From Candidatus Eiseniibacteriota bacterium (GTDB lineage Bacteria; Eisenbacteria; RBG-16-71-46), in contig OY970342.1 in NCBI GenBank assembly GCA_963717505.1, positions 608,001 to 672,000 on the forward strand: 64,000 bases of DNA, given 5' to 3'. This document shows, one piece after another, positions 1-9,273 of the stretch. Both the position numbers and the translations under genes were made by a program. Each line of letters opens with the position of its first letter. The stretch's first letter is position 1. Under the pieces are notes generated by a model, which was not told the origin of the DNA, did not search any database, and worked only from the letters and a program-made list of their open reading frames with translations.

Positions 1-236
1 ATCAGCGCAGCGAGCCAGCCGCCGGCGAAGCTGCCGGCGATCCACGCGACCAGCACCGCCAGCAGCGCGCCGATCGGGAGCTGAGCCATCGCGGCGCGAA
101 TGCTCTCGGGATTCGAAGGGTCGAGTCCCGCGGGCGGCGGGAACACGCGATGTCCGAGCGACTCGACCAGGAACACGACGGCGGTGCCGGCCACCACGCC
201 GGCCAGAACCGCCAGGACCACCCTCAAGATCACCAT
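1..236 (-). CDS. Small membrane protein, runs off the left edge of the window
   Basis: Manual translation from ATG at 236: MVILRVVLAVLAGVVAGTAVVFLVESLGHRVFPPPAGLDPSNPESIRAAMAQLPIGALLAVLVAWIAGSFAGGWLAAL...; SD GGAGG at 244-248; hydrophobic helices. Confidence 0.75.
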   Translation of the reverse strand, partial: MVILRVVLAVLAGVVAGTAVVFLVESLGHRVFPPPAGLDPSNPESIRAAMAQLPIGALLAVLVAWIAGSFAGGWLAAL

Positions 237-297
237 CGGGATTCCTCCGACAGCGGGTTTGCGAGACTCGAATCCGCGCCGGAGCATACACCCGTGG

Positions 298-828
298 TCA
301 GGGCATTGCTCGGTAGACCACCTCGACATCCGGCTTCCCCCCGCCAAATGCGAGGCCGAACCCGACGCCAGCCGCGACCGGCGCGAGCACCACCGGCAAG
401 ATGTAGGGAGTGCCCGCATACGCGGAGTAACCGGCGACGATCCCTGCGGTGAACGCCACGCCCATGCAGATCAGAAAGAGAGCCCCGCGGGTCGCTTCCG
501 ACATCCCGCGCTGCTGGAGGACCGCAACGCTGTCGACCTGGCTCCAGGCGATCGGACGAGGAACGATGCTGTCTCGCGCGCCCGCGGTCTGGAACACGGC
601 CTGGCGCGAAGGCCGGTAAACGCTCGGGTCCATCGACCAGATGCCCGTCGAGTCGAACTGCGCACGTTCGAACGAGTAGGTTCCGCCGCGAGACCAGATC
701 TTCACTTCTCGAGCCCCGGCGGCGCTGCGCATCGACTCGAATCCGGTGGTCGTCGGGGCGGCGAGCACCGTCGAGGCGATCGGGGCAACCGCGACCATCG
801 CGGCCAGGGGAACGCGCAGGGACGTCAT
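298..828 (-). CDS. Hypothetical protein with signal peptide and C-terminal TM helices
   Basis: 176-aa ORF; hydrophobic N-terminus and two Gly-rich hydrophobic C-terminal segments; co-oriented with neighbours. Confidence 0.6.
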   Translation of the reverse strand: MTSLRVPLAAMVAVAPIASTVLAAPTTTGFESMRSAAGAREVKIWSRGGTYSFERAQFDSTGIWSMDPSVYRPSRQAVFQTAGARDSIVPRPIAWSQVDSVAVLQQRGMSEATRGALFLICMGVAFTAGIVAGYSAYAGTPYILPVVLAPVAAGVGFGLAFGGGKPDVEVVYRAMP

Positions 829-841
829 TCGCCATGAAGAA

Positions 842-873
842 CCCCGCCCGGAACGTCGCGGTTCCGGGCGGGG
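842..873 (-). terminator. Intrinsic terminator after mmsA
   Basis: 13-bp perfect inverted repeat CCCCGCCCGGAAC/GTTCCGGGCGGGG followed on the minus strand by TTCTT. Confidence 0.7.
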
Positions 874-900
874 GGTTACGCCGCCGTCAAAGCTGTGCGA

Positions 901-2409
901 TCACCACCAGCGGGTGATGACCACCTTCTTGTCGGTGTAGAACTCGATCGAGTCGCGACCGTGCGCCTTGAGGTCGCCGAAGAAGCTGTGCTTGGCGCCG
1001 CCGAACGGGAAGAACGCCATGGGAGCGGCGACGCCGATGTTGACGCCGAGCATGCTGGGCTCGACCCGGTAGCGATACTCGCGCGCCCATTTTCCGCTGC
1101 TGGTGAAGATGCTAGTCGCGTTCCCCAGCTCGTGTTTGCGCACGATTTCGACGGCTTCGTCGAAGTCCTTCGCGCGCATGATGCAGAGCACCGGGCCGAA
1201 GATTTCCTCGCGGCCCACGACCATCTCCGGCGTCACGTTGTCGAAGATGGTGGGCCCCAGATACCAGCCGCCGGGCTGCTTGGGATTCTGAAAACCGCGG
1301 CCGTCGAGCAGCAGCTTCGCCCCCTCGCGTATGCCCTGCTCGATGTAGCCGAGCACTTTCTCGCGATGTTGTGGGGTGACCAGCGGGCCCATGGTGATGC
1401 CGGGATCGGCGCCGTCGCCGACCGTGATGCGCTTGGCCTCGTCGACCAGTTTGTCGCGGATCTTCTCGTAGGCGTCGCCGACCGCGAGCACGACGCTGTT
1501 GGCCAGGCAGCGCTCGCCCGCGCAGCCGAAGCACGATTCGGTCGAGACCGAAGCCGCGCGTGGCATGTCGGCGTCGGGCATGACCACCACGAAGTTCTTG
1601 GCGCCGCCCAGCGCCTGAACCCGCTTGCCGGCCTTGGCGGACTGTTCGTAGATGTATCGCGCCACCGACGTCGAGCCGACGAACGAGACTCCGGCGATTC
1701 CCGGATGCTGGAGGATCGCATCGACCGCGTCCTTGGCGCCGTGCACCAGGTTGACCACGCCCGCCGGGAATCCGGCGTCGTGCATCAACTCGAACATCCG
1801 GACCTGCGAGAGCGGCACCCGCTCGCTCGGCTTGACCAGGAACGTGTTCCCGCACGCGACCGCGTGCGGCAGGAACCACATCGGCACCATCGCCGGGAAG
1901 TTGAACGGCGTGATCGCCGCGAACACGCCGATCGGCTGGCGCACGGTGTGGCAGTCGATGCCGCTCGCGATGTCTTCGAGCGAGGTGCCCTGCATGCGGT
2001 CGGGAATCCCGATCGCCAGATCGACGTTGTCGATCGCGCGGCGCACGCTGCTGCGCGACTCGTCGAGGGTCTTGCCGTGTTCGCGCGTCACCGTGCGCGC
2101 GACGTCGTCGAAGTGCTCCTCGAGCAGGTTCTTGAGCTTGAACAGCGGCTTGATGCGATGGACCGGCGGCGTGGCGCGCCAGGCCGGGTACGCCGCCAGG
2201 GCGGCCTGGACCGCGCGGTCGACGTCGGCTGCGGTGCCGAGCGGCACCCGGGCAATGACCTCGCCGCGAGCCGGGTTGTAGACCTCACCGAACTGCTTGG
2301 TGTCCGACGCGACCCAGCGCCCGCCGACGTAGTTCTGGATCGTGGCCGCGGACGTCGAAGTCGCGGTCTCCTGGCCGTTGATCACAGCCTGATCGCGCGG
2401 TGGGTTCAT
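901..2409 (-). CDS. mmsA: CoA-acylating methylmalonate-semialdehyde dehydrogenase
   Basis: ALDH motifs ITPFNFPAMVP, FVGST, GGAKN, GCAGERC, EEIFGPV, and MMSDH-type C-terminus FYTDKKVVITRW. Confidence 0.93.
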   Translation of the reverse strand: MNPPRDQAVINGQETATSTSAATIQNYVGGRWVASDTKQFGEVYNPARGEVIARVPLGTAADVDRAVQAALAAYPAWRATPPVHRIKPLFKLKNLLEEHFDDVARTVTREHGKTLDESRSSVRRAIDNVDLAIGIPDRMQGTSLEDIASGIDCHTVRQPIGVFAAITPFNFPAMVPMWFLPHAVACGNTFLVKPSERVPLSQVRMFELMHDAGFPAGVVNLVHGAKDAVDAILQHPGIAGVSFVGSTSVARYIYEQSAKAGKRVQALGGAKNFVVVMPDADMPRAASVSTESCFGCAGERCLANSVVLAVGDAYEKIRDKLVDEAKRITVGDGADPGITMGPLVTPQHREKVLGYIEQGIREGAKLLLDGRGFQNPKQPGGWYLGPTIFDNVTPEMVVGREEIFGPVLCIMRAKDFDEAVEIVRKHELGNATSIFTSSGKWAREYRYRVEPSMLGVNIGVAAPMAFFPFGGAKHSFFGDLKAHGRDSIEFYTDKKVVITRWW

Positions 2410-2518
2410 GGGTCTGCCTCCTTGGGTTCCGAGCCACCGGTCGAAGCGTCGGCGAACCCGGGAATCGATGTGTGCACGAATGATACACCCGGGAAGGCGC
2501 TACGGTAGACTGGGCCAC

Positions 2519-4594
2519 ATGAACAAGTTGCCGGAACCCGCAGGGACGCCGCCGGCGACTTCCCTCCCGAGATCCGTCCCCGATTCGCGCGCGCGGCTCG
2601 CCGTTTTCGCCCTGATGGCCGCCTACGCCGCCCTTTACGGCACGATTTGCGTCGTCAAGCATCACTACTACCTCTACGACGACTTCGATCTCGCGATCTT
2701 CACCCAGGCGGTCGACCAGATGCTGCGCGGATCGTTCTTCGTCTCGATCCGGGGCATGAACTGGATGGGCGATCACTCGTCGTTCGTGCTGTTCCTGTTC
2801 GCTCCGATCTACGCGGTCTTCCGCCATCCGCTGACGCTGCTGTTCGCCCAGACCCTGGCCCTGGCGCTCGGCGCCCTGCCGGTGTTCTGGATCGCTCGGC
2901 GCGAGCTGCGGCACGACTGGGCTGCCGCGGGATGCGCCGCGCTCTACTTGCTCTACCCCGCGCTCGGCTTCACCAACCTGTTCGAGTTCCACCCGGAGAC
3001 TCTCGCGACTCCGGCGCTCCTGTTCACGTTCCATTTCACTCTGGCGCGACGCATGGGGCCGGCGTTGGTCGCCGCCGGATTCGCCCTGCTGTGCCGCGAG
3101 GACTTGCCTCTGGTGATTGCACCGATCGGGCTGTGGGCGGCGTGGGTGCTTCGCGAACCGCCGGTCAAAGCGACCGGTCGTACCGCGCGCCCGAGGCTCG
3201 CCTGGCGCTGGCTGGTCGCGTTCGTGGTTCCGTCCGTGCTGTTCCTGGCCCTGTCGTTCGGAGTGCTCAAGCCGGCGTTCAATCTCGGGGAAGCCGGTTA
3301 CGGCGATATGTATCGCGCGTGGGGGGAGACCACCGGGCAGGCGATGGCCGGCATGCTGCGGGATCCTCTGCGCGCTCTCGCCCACTTGTTCGTCACTGAC
3401 GGCGTGGCGATCGACACGCAGCTCAAGCTGTTTTTCCACATCTTCATGTTGACGCCGCTCCTACTGCTGCCACTCGCCAGCCCGTGGACGCTGATTCTCG
3501 CGCTGCCGGTGCTCGCCGAGCACATGCTTTCCAACCGGCCGCAACAGCACCAGATCATCTACCAGTACACGGCGTTGCTCACGCCGGTCTACGTGGTTGC
3601 GGCCATCCGCGGCCTCGCGAATCTCGCGCGACACTTCGCCCGGGGCAACACCGGTGCGGCGCCAACGTTCGCCGCCACGGTCGCCGGGATCGCCGTGGTC
3701 GCGTCCCTGGTATGCAACGTTCTGTTCGGCCCGGTACTCGGCGATGGCCGCGTGTCGGCGGCGGCCCGGCCCCCCGAACCCAACTGGCCGGATGAAGCCG
3801 CACGCACGCTCAAGCCGTATCGCGACCAGATGGTGGCACGGGTCCCCGCCCAAGGCGGCGTGGTCGCGGGGTTCGAGTTCCTGAGCCGCTTTGCCGGTCG
3901 CGCCAACGTGCACTCGGTGCATCACCTGATGCGCGGCACCTACACGTTCTCGAACACGCCGTATCCGACCCCGGAAGGCATCCAGGCGGTGATCGCCGAC
4001 TTCGCCGGGAGCCACCTGCGGGACTACGTCGGCAAGGCGAAGTCCGCGCGGCTCCTGGATTTCGTGCGTCGCAACGACCTCACCGCGGCGGCGTCCGCGG
4101 GCGACCTGACGCTGTTTCTGCGTCATCCGGATCCGCCGGTGTCGCTGATGAGCACCGGACAGCTGGCGCGCGAACCCCGGCGCATCGTGTTCGACGGGCA
4201 GCTGTCGTTCCTGGGCGCCGCCCCGCGCGGGGACCTGCCGGTCCCGGGCGGTTTGCTCGAGTTCGACACCTACTGGATGCCGGTCGCGGTCGTGGACCGC
4301 TCCTACCTGGTCGCGTTCGACATCGTCGACCCTTCCGGGCAACAGAAGCACCGCCACGTGCGCCATCTCGGCTACGGGTTCTGGCCCGCGGAATGGTGGC
4401 CGCAGGGCACGGCGATGAGCGAGACCTACCGCCTGGTGGTCCCGCGCGAGCTGCCCCCCGGGCCCTACCAGCTGATGATGGCCGTCGCGTGGGTTCAGGG
4501 CACGAATGCCCAGCCCGCGAGCACCGACGACCCGGTAACCCGCTCGCACGACGGATACGTGCCGCTCGGCACGTTTCAGATCAAACCGAAGTAG
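2519..4594 (+). CDS. DUF2079-family membrane protein (putative GT-C glycosyltransferase) with C-terminal soluble domain
   Basis: FDLAIFTQ, GDHSS, FEFHPE, LCRED and YQYT motifs; multiple TM segments; start set to ATG 2519. Confidence 0.8.
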   Translation: MNKLPEPAGTPPATSLPRSVPDSRARLAVFALMAAYAALYGTICVVKHHYYLYDDFDLAIFTQAVDQMLRGSFFVSIRGMNWMGDHSSFVLFLFAPIYAVFRHPLTLLFAQTLALALGALPVFWIARRELRHDWAAAGCAALYLLYPALGFTNLFEFHPETLATPALLFTFHFTLARRMGPALVAAGFALLCREDLPLVIAPIGLWAAWVLREPPVKATGRTARPRLAWRWLVAFVVPSVLFLALSFGVLKPAFNLGEAGYGDMYRAWGETTGQAMAGMLRDPLRALAHLFVTDGVAIDTQLKLFFHIFMLTPLLLLPLASPWTLILALPVLAEHMLSNRPQQHQIIYQYTALLTPVYVVAAIRGLANLARHFARGNTGAAPTFAATVAGIAVVASLVCNVLFGPVLGDGRVSAAARPPEPNWPDEAARTLKPYRDQMVARVPAQGGVVAGFEFLSRFAGRANVHSVHHLMRGTYTFSNTPYPTPEGIQAVIADFAGSHLRDYVGKAKSARLLDFVRRNDLTAAASAGDLTLFLRHPDPPVSLMSTGQLAREPRRIVFDGQLSFLGAAPRGDLPVPGGLLEFDTYWMPVAVVDRSYLVAFDIVDPSGQQKHRHVRHLGYGFWPAEWWPQGTAMSETYRLVVPRELPPGPYQLMMAVAWVQGTNAQPASTDDPVTRSHDGYVPLGTFQIKPK

Positions 4595-5141
4595 TCCTCA
4601 CCCTGCGCCTCACGTCCCGAATCACGCGCGTCATGTGGCGGAACGCCATGCGTCCGCCGGCGCGGCCCAATCGCTCGAGCGGGGCCCACTCGACGCTGGC
4701 CGCGTCGTCCGCGGCGCGGGGCTCGCCCGATCGCCACCGTGCGAGAAAATAGAAGTTCATGGTCGGGAAGTAGCCGAATCCCCTGAGGTAGTAGCGGTCC
4801 CAGTAATAACCGAGCCATGCCAGCCGGCCGACGCGCAGTCCGGTTTCTTCGAGCAGCTCGCGGCGTGCGGCGGATTCGATGGACTCTCCCGCGTCGATGA
4901 AGCCGCCCGGCGTGTCGATCCAGCCGCGTTTGGGTGGATGGTCCCGGCGGAGCACCAGAACGCGGTCGTCCCGGAGCACGATGATCCCGGCGCACGGACG
5001 CGGGTAGTCGTACATGCGGTAGCGGCAAACCGGGCAGCGGATCTTTCGAGGATCGCCCAGTTCGCGAAGGAGGCGTGTGCCGCATCGTGCGCAGGGGAAG
5101 CCGCTCGAGCGCGACACCGACGCTCGCCGGCGCGTGGTCAT
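4581..5141 (-). CDS. NUDIX hydrolase with N-terminal zinc ribbon
   Basis: CARC and CPVC pairs; Nudix box GGFIDAGESIESAARRELLEETGL. Confidence 0.9.
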   Translation of the reverse strand: MTTRRRASVSRSSGFPCARCGTRLLRELGDPRKIRCPVCRYRMYDYPRPCAGIIVLRDDRVLVLRRDHPPKRGWIDTPGGFIDAGESIESAARRELLEETGLRVGRLAWLGYYWDRYYLRGFGYFPTMNFYFLARWRSGEPRAADDAASVEWAPLERLGRAGGRMAFRHMTRVIRDVRRRVRTTSV

Positions 5142-5983
5142 CGTGGCTCCACGGTGATCACTGCGGGCAGGGGAACGCGCGCGGCTTCCGGCGCGCGACC
5201 CTCACTGCCGGGATCCCAGGCGCCGAAGCTCGCGTAGCTGAACCCGCCGACCCGAACGCACAACTGCGCCTCGTCCCCGCCGTCCATCGACATGGCGTGA
5301 GTGAGTCCGAGCTTCGCGCTCTTGAGCAGCTGGGCGAAGTCGTAAAGCGAATAGCTGCCCTCGGTGGTCAGCACCAGGACGCGGTGGTCGCGATCCTCGC
5401 CGACGGCGGTGCGTTGTGCGATCTGCGGAGACTTGCGCACTCGAATGCGTCCGGCGCCATCGAACAACATGAACGACTGTGCGACTTCCTTCCAACCCGG
5501 CTGCTTGGGATCGAGTCGCTCGTGCTCGAGATCCAGAACGCGTGCGCGCGGACCGTCGCGCGTTGGCTCGGCGACCAGCGCCGCGCGAAACGTCGGGTGC
5601 ATGCGTCGCGACAACACCTGGCCGTCGCTGACCAGCAGCCCCATGTAGGAGTAGTCGGGGTAGTACTGACCGGCGTTGAACACGGCGAGCGCCTCGGTCT
5701 GCCACAGCCACTGAACCACGTCGGGCGCCCGTTCGTCGACACGGGGTCGCGCGTGCCGCACGCGGAGCCGGATGCGCTCCGGGTCGAGACGCAGGACGCC
5801 GATCTCCGGCGACCCCTGCCGGCACCACGGCTCACCGCGAATGCGAGCGAAGTCGACCCCGGGCGCCACCGAACGGAATCTGGGTTCGCTGGCGCCGCGC
5901 ATCAGGGCCCAGATCGCAACCAGGATCGCGACGGTTGCGGCGATCCGCCCGATCGGCGGCACGCGGCGCGCGGGAGCGTTCAC
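5138..5983 (-). CDS. Phosphodiester glycosidase (NAGPA/DUF2233) family protein
   Basis: FNAGQY, RTAVG and AMSMDGG motifs; N-terminal anchor; 4-nt overlaps with both neighbours. Confidence 0.8.
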   Translation of the reverse strand: MNAPARRVPPIGRIAATVAILVAIWALMRGASEPRFRSVAPGVDFARIRGEPWCRQGSPEIGVLRLDPERIRLRVRHARPRVDERAPDVVQWLWQTEALAVFNAGQYYPDYSYMGLLVSDGQVLSRRMHPTFRAALVAEPTRDGPRARVLDLEHERLDPKQPGWKEVAQSFMLFDGAGRIRVRKSPQIAQRTAVGEDRDHRVLVLTTEGSYSLYDFAQLLKSAKLGLTHAMSMDGGDEAQLCVRVGGFSYASFGAWDPGSEGRAPEAARVPLPAVITVEPR

Positions 5984-7059
5984 GCCCGGTGGGAAAAGCG
6001 CCGGAGCGCGTCGCGAACCACCAACAGATCACCGACGTTCTCGAGCGTGATCAGCCCGACCAGTTCGCCGTCCTGGAACACGGGCAGCGCCATGCGCCCG
6101 CGTTCGCGCATGCGCTGCAGGGCGCCTTCGAGCGGCTCGCCGGCGTCGACGAACTCGCCGTCGCGCTCGAAGATCTGACCGACGCTCGCGGCGGCGCCGT
6201 TGCGTTGCAGCCCACCGATCAGCTGACTGCGCGTCAGCATGCCGAGCAACCGGCCATCCTCGAGGACCGGAAAGTCCTGCTGGTTCCCCGACATCAGGTA
6301 GTCCACGGCGCGCTGCAGCGGGTCACGAGCGTCGAGCGAACGGTAGTCGGTGACCATCGCCGCGCGCACCGGCAGCCCGCCGAGCGAGCTGCGGGTTTCG
6401 ACCATCATTCGCTCCTCACCCGCCGACAGGAACACGAACAGCGCCACGAACAGGAGCATGACCTGGCCGGTGAACAGGCCGGCGACTCCGAACACCAGGG
6501 CGATCGATTGGCCAATGATCGACGCGATGCGCGTCGCTCGCGTGAAGGGCATCGACATCGCGAGCAGGGCGCGGAGCACGCGGCCGCCGTCCATCGGGAA
6601 CGCCGGAATCAGGTTGAACAGCACCATGACGACGTTGATCAGCAGCAGCGTTTCCGGGATCCCCGCGTTTCCCAGTGCTGCCAGTTCGGGGAGGCGCACG
6701 CCCAGCAGCAGGAGCACCCCGGCGATCACCACGTTGACCGCCGGGCCCGCGAGCGCTACCGCCAGCTCCTGGATCGGCCGACTCGGCATGCGCTCCAGGC
6801 GGGCAACGCCACCAATCGGGAGCAGGATGATGTCGCGCGTGCGAATGCCGTAGCGGCGGGCCGTCAGCGCGTGGCCCAGCTCGTGCAGGACCACGCAGGC
6901 GAAGATGATCAGGATGACCGCGACCGCGAGCAGCGCGCCGGCGACGTCCCCGGTCAACAGGCCGCTGGAAACCGCGATCCAGCCGAGGAAGATCAGGAAG
7001 GTGACATGCAGTTCGAGCCGGATGCCGAACAGCGTGCCAATGTGGATGGACCAGCGCAT
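5980..7059 (-). CDS. Site-2 protease (M50) with C-terminal CBS domains
   Basis: HELGH, ALAGPAVN, NLIPAFPMDGG; CBS pair. Confidence 0.93.
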   Translation of the reverse strand: MRWSIHIGTLFGIRLELHVTFLIFLGWIAVSSGLLTGDVAGALLAVAVILIIFACVVLHELGHALTARRYGIRTRDIILLPIGGVARLERMPSRPIQELAVALAGPAVNVVIAGVLLLLGVRLPELAALGNAGIPETLLLINVVMVLFNLIPAFPMDGGRVLRALLAMSMPFTRATRIASIIGQSIALVFGVAGLFTGQVMLLFVALFVFLSAGEERMMVETRSSLGGLPVRAAMVTDYRSLDARDPLQRAVDYLMSGNQQDFPVLEDGRLLGMLTRSQLIGGLQRNGAAASVGQIFERDGEFVDAGEPLEGALQRMRERGRMALPVFQDGELVGLITLENVGDLLVVRDALRRFSHRA

Positions 7060-7180
7060 GGGTGCGCGAAGTCTCGCACAGCGGTCCGTGTGGCTGCCAC
7101 ATGGCGATCTCCGCGGCCTCTACAGCCGGACGGGTATCACCGTTGCGTCGAACGCGCGATGCTTCCGCTGCATGCCACCG

Positions 7181-7648
7181 TCAGGCGGCGCGTTCGTTGC
7201 CTTCGTCCCCGCCGTCGAGGAAGGCGGTCAGCGACTCGAGGTCCGCGCGAGCGGCCTGATAGCCGGGGTGGATCCACAGCGAGTGACACAGCAGCCGGAA
7301 CGCTAGCTCCACGCTGCCGGCTTCGAAGCACGCCGACGACAGGACGTAGTGGAGCGTGGGGTCGTGGGGCGAGAACGACAGTCCGCGCAGCGCTCGGACC
7401 GCGGCTTCGCGCTCTTTGCCGCGCTCGAGGGCCGAGCGGGCGGCGCGCGCCATGGCCTGGCCGGCGTCGGCGTCGGGAACCCGCTCGAGACCGGGGATGA
7501 AGCGTTCGAGGTCGTCGAGCAGGTGCCGGATCGTCTGCTCGACACCGGCGTCGAGCAACGGTTGCTCGTCCAGCTCGCTCAACTCGTCCGCCAGATCCCG
7601 GAAGGCGGTGCAGATGTCACCCATCGACGGCTGCCACTGTTCCGACAC
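7181..7648 (-). CDS. Hypothetical TPR-like protein
   Basis: 155-aa helical ORF with a TPR-like C-terminal half; GGAGG SD upstream of GTG. Confidence 0.65.
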   Translation of the reverse strand: MSEQWQPSMGDICTAFRDLADELSELDEQPLLDAGVEQTIRHLLDDLERFIPGLERVPDADAGQAMARAARSALERGKEREAAVRALRGLSFSPHDPTLHYVLSSACFEAGSVELAFRLLCHSLWIHPGYQAARADLESLTAFLDGGDEGNERAA

Positions 7649-7738
7649 GGCTCGAGCCCTCCCCTACGGACCACCGCGGAACCGCACGTAGAGCCGGTAT
7701 CGGCCGCACCGCTGAAATCCTGAAGCGGAGAACCGGCC

Positions 7739-8626
7739 TCAGGCTCGCGTGAACCGTGAATCCGCCGCGCGCAGGAACTGCTCGAGCACATTCCCCGCCA
7801 CCGTCAGCCGATAGTCGCGGTCCGAGCGGATGTCGTCGATCGGCGACAAGTCGCGCGTCAGCGCCGTCCGCGCCGCCGCTGCGACCCGGCGCGACGGCTG
7901 GGCGCCGATCAGCAGCGCCTCCGCGACCGGCGCCAGCAGTGGCACCGGCGCCATGCTGCCGAACGCCAGCCGCGCGAGCACCACCCGGCCGGCGGGCTCG
8001 GCCTCGAGCAGGCCGCAGAACACCATCTTGGAAATGCTCTGGGCTCGTCGGGTCCCGACCTTGCGAAAGAACGAAAACGCGGCGCGATCGGGAATCGGCA
8101 CCGTCACCGCGGTGATCAGCTCGTCGGGCTCGATCGCGAGCTTGCGGTACCCGGTGTACAGCTCGTCGAACGGGATCTCGCGCTCGCGGCGGCGCGAGCG
8201 CACGATCACCGTTGCGTCGTGGGCCAGGAGGACCGGGAGCGAGTCCCCGGCCGGCGAGGCATTGGCGATGTTCCCGCCGATCGTGGCCCGGTGCTGGATC
8301 TGGATGCCGCCAACCTCGGCCGCGGCCGCGGCCAATGACGGTAGGGCCTTCTGGATTGCGGCGTTCAAACGGATCTGATGGAACGTGACGAGCGATCCGA
8401 GGCGAATGGCGTCGCGCCGGACCTCGATCTTCGCCAGCTCGCGCAGCGGCTGGAGGTCGAGAAAACGGCGGCCCGACTGGCTGCCGGCATTCAGGTAGAC
8501 GAAGAGATCCGTGCCACCGGCCATGGGAATCGGTCGCTGCTCGCCAGTCGCGCCGGCGAGCGCCGAGAGCGCCTGGTCGAGTGTCTTCGGCCGCACGACT
8601 TCGAGGGCCGAGAGGGCCGATCTCAT
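7739..8626 (-). CDS. xdhB: Xanthine dehydrogenase family FAD-binding subunit (CoxM/PucC-like)
   Basis: AGGTDL, ATIGGNIANASPAGD, DDIRS motifs; start ATG 8626 overlaps the upstream stop. Confidence 0.9.
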   Translation of the reverse strand: MRSALSALEVVRPKTLDQALSALAGATGEQRPIPMAGGTDLFVYLNAGSQSGRRFLDLQPLRELAKIEVRRDAIRLGSLVTFHQIRLNAAIQKALPSLAAAAAEVGGIQIQHRATIGGNIANASPAGDSLPVLLAHDATVIVRSRRREREIPFDELYTGYRKLAIEPDELITAVTVPIPDRAAFSFFRKVGTRRAQSISKMVFCGLLEAEPAGRVVLARLAFGSMAPVPLLAPVAEALLIGAQPSRRVAAAARTALTRDLSPIDDIRSDRDYRLTVAGNVLEQFLRAADSRFTRA

Positions 8627-9273
8627 CGCGGGCGTTTCGGCGGGCTTTTCGCGCCAGAGGCGGAACGCGACGTCTTCACCCGCGAGGCCGCTCGTCGCTT
8701 CGCTGACTGCCGGGGTTTCGCCGCGACCCGACGCACGGTGACTCGGGGCTGCGCCGCGGCGCGTACCGCGTCGACGATCTTCTGATAGCCGGTGCACCGG
8801 CACAGGTTGCCGGCGATCGCTTCGCGAACTTCGTCCTCGGACGGCACGCGACCGCGCGTGCGCGCCAGCAGTTCATGCGCCGAGACCAGGATGCCCGGAG
8901 TGCAGATGCCGCATTGGGCGCCTCCCATTTCGACCATCGACTGCTGGAGCACAGAGAGCTTCCGGCCAGCCGCCAAACCTTCGACGGTCGTGATGCGCAG
9001 ACCATCCGCCTGCACCGCAGGGACCAGACACGAATTCACGCTCTGGCCGCCGAGCAGCACAGTGCACGCCCCGCACTCGCCCTCGCCGCAGCCTTCCTTG
9101 GTTCCGGTCAGGCCCAGGTCCTGGCGCAGCACGTCGAGCAGTCGCTTCATCGGCGGCACCCGCACCTGGCGCGCGCGACCGTTCACCGTCATGCGAAGTG
9201 ACACGCGCTTCCCACCTCCGGATTTCGATGGCGCAGGCGCACGGGCGCCGCTCGGCCGGGCCGCTCGTTTCAT
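8623..9273 (-). CDS. xdhC: Xanthine dehydrogenase family 2Fe-2S subunit (CoxS/PucE-like)
   Basis: GCGEGECGACTV, QCGICTPG, NLCRCTGY; start ATG 9273 overlaps the Mo-subunit stop. Confidence 0.92.
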   Translation of the reverse strand: MKRAARPSGARAPAPSKSGGGKRVSLRMTVNGRARQVRVPPMKRLLDVLRQDLGLTGTKEGCGEGECGACTVLLGGQSVNSCLVPAVQADGLRITTVEGLAAGRKLSVLQQSMVEMGGAQCGICTPGILVSAHELLARTRGRVPSEDEVREAIAGNLCRCTGYQKIVDAVRAAAQPRVTVRRVAAKPRQSAKRRAASRVKTSRSASGAKSPPKRPR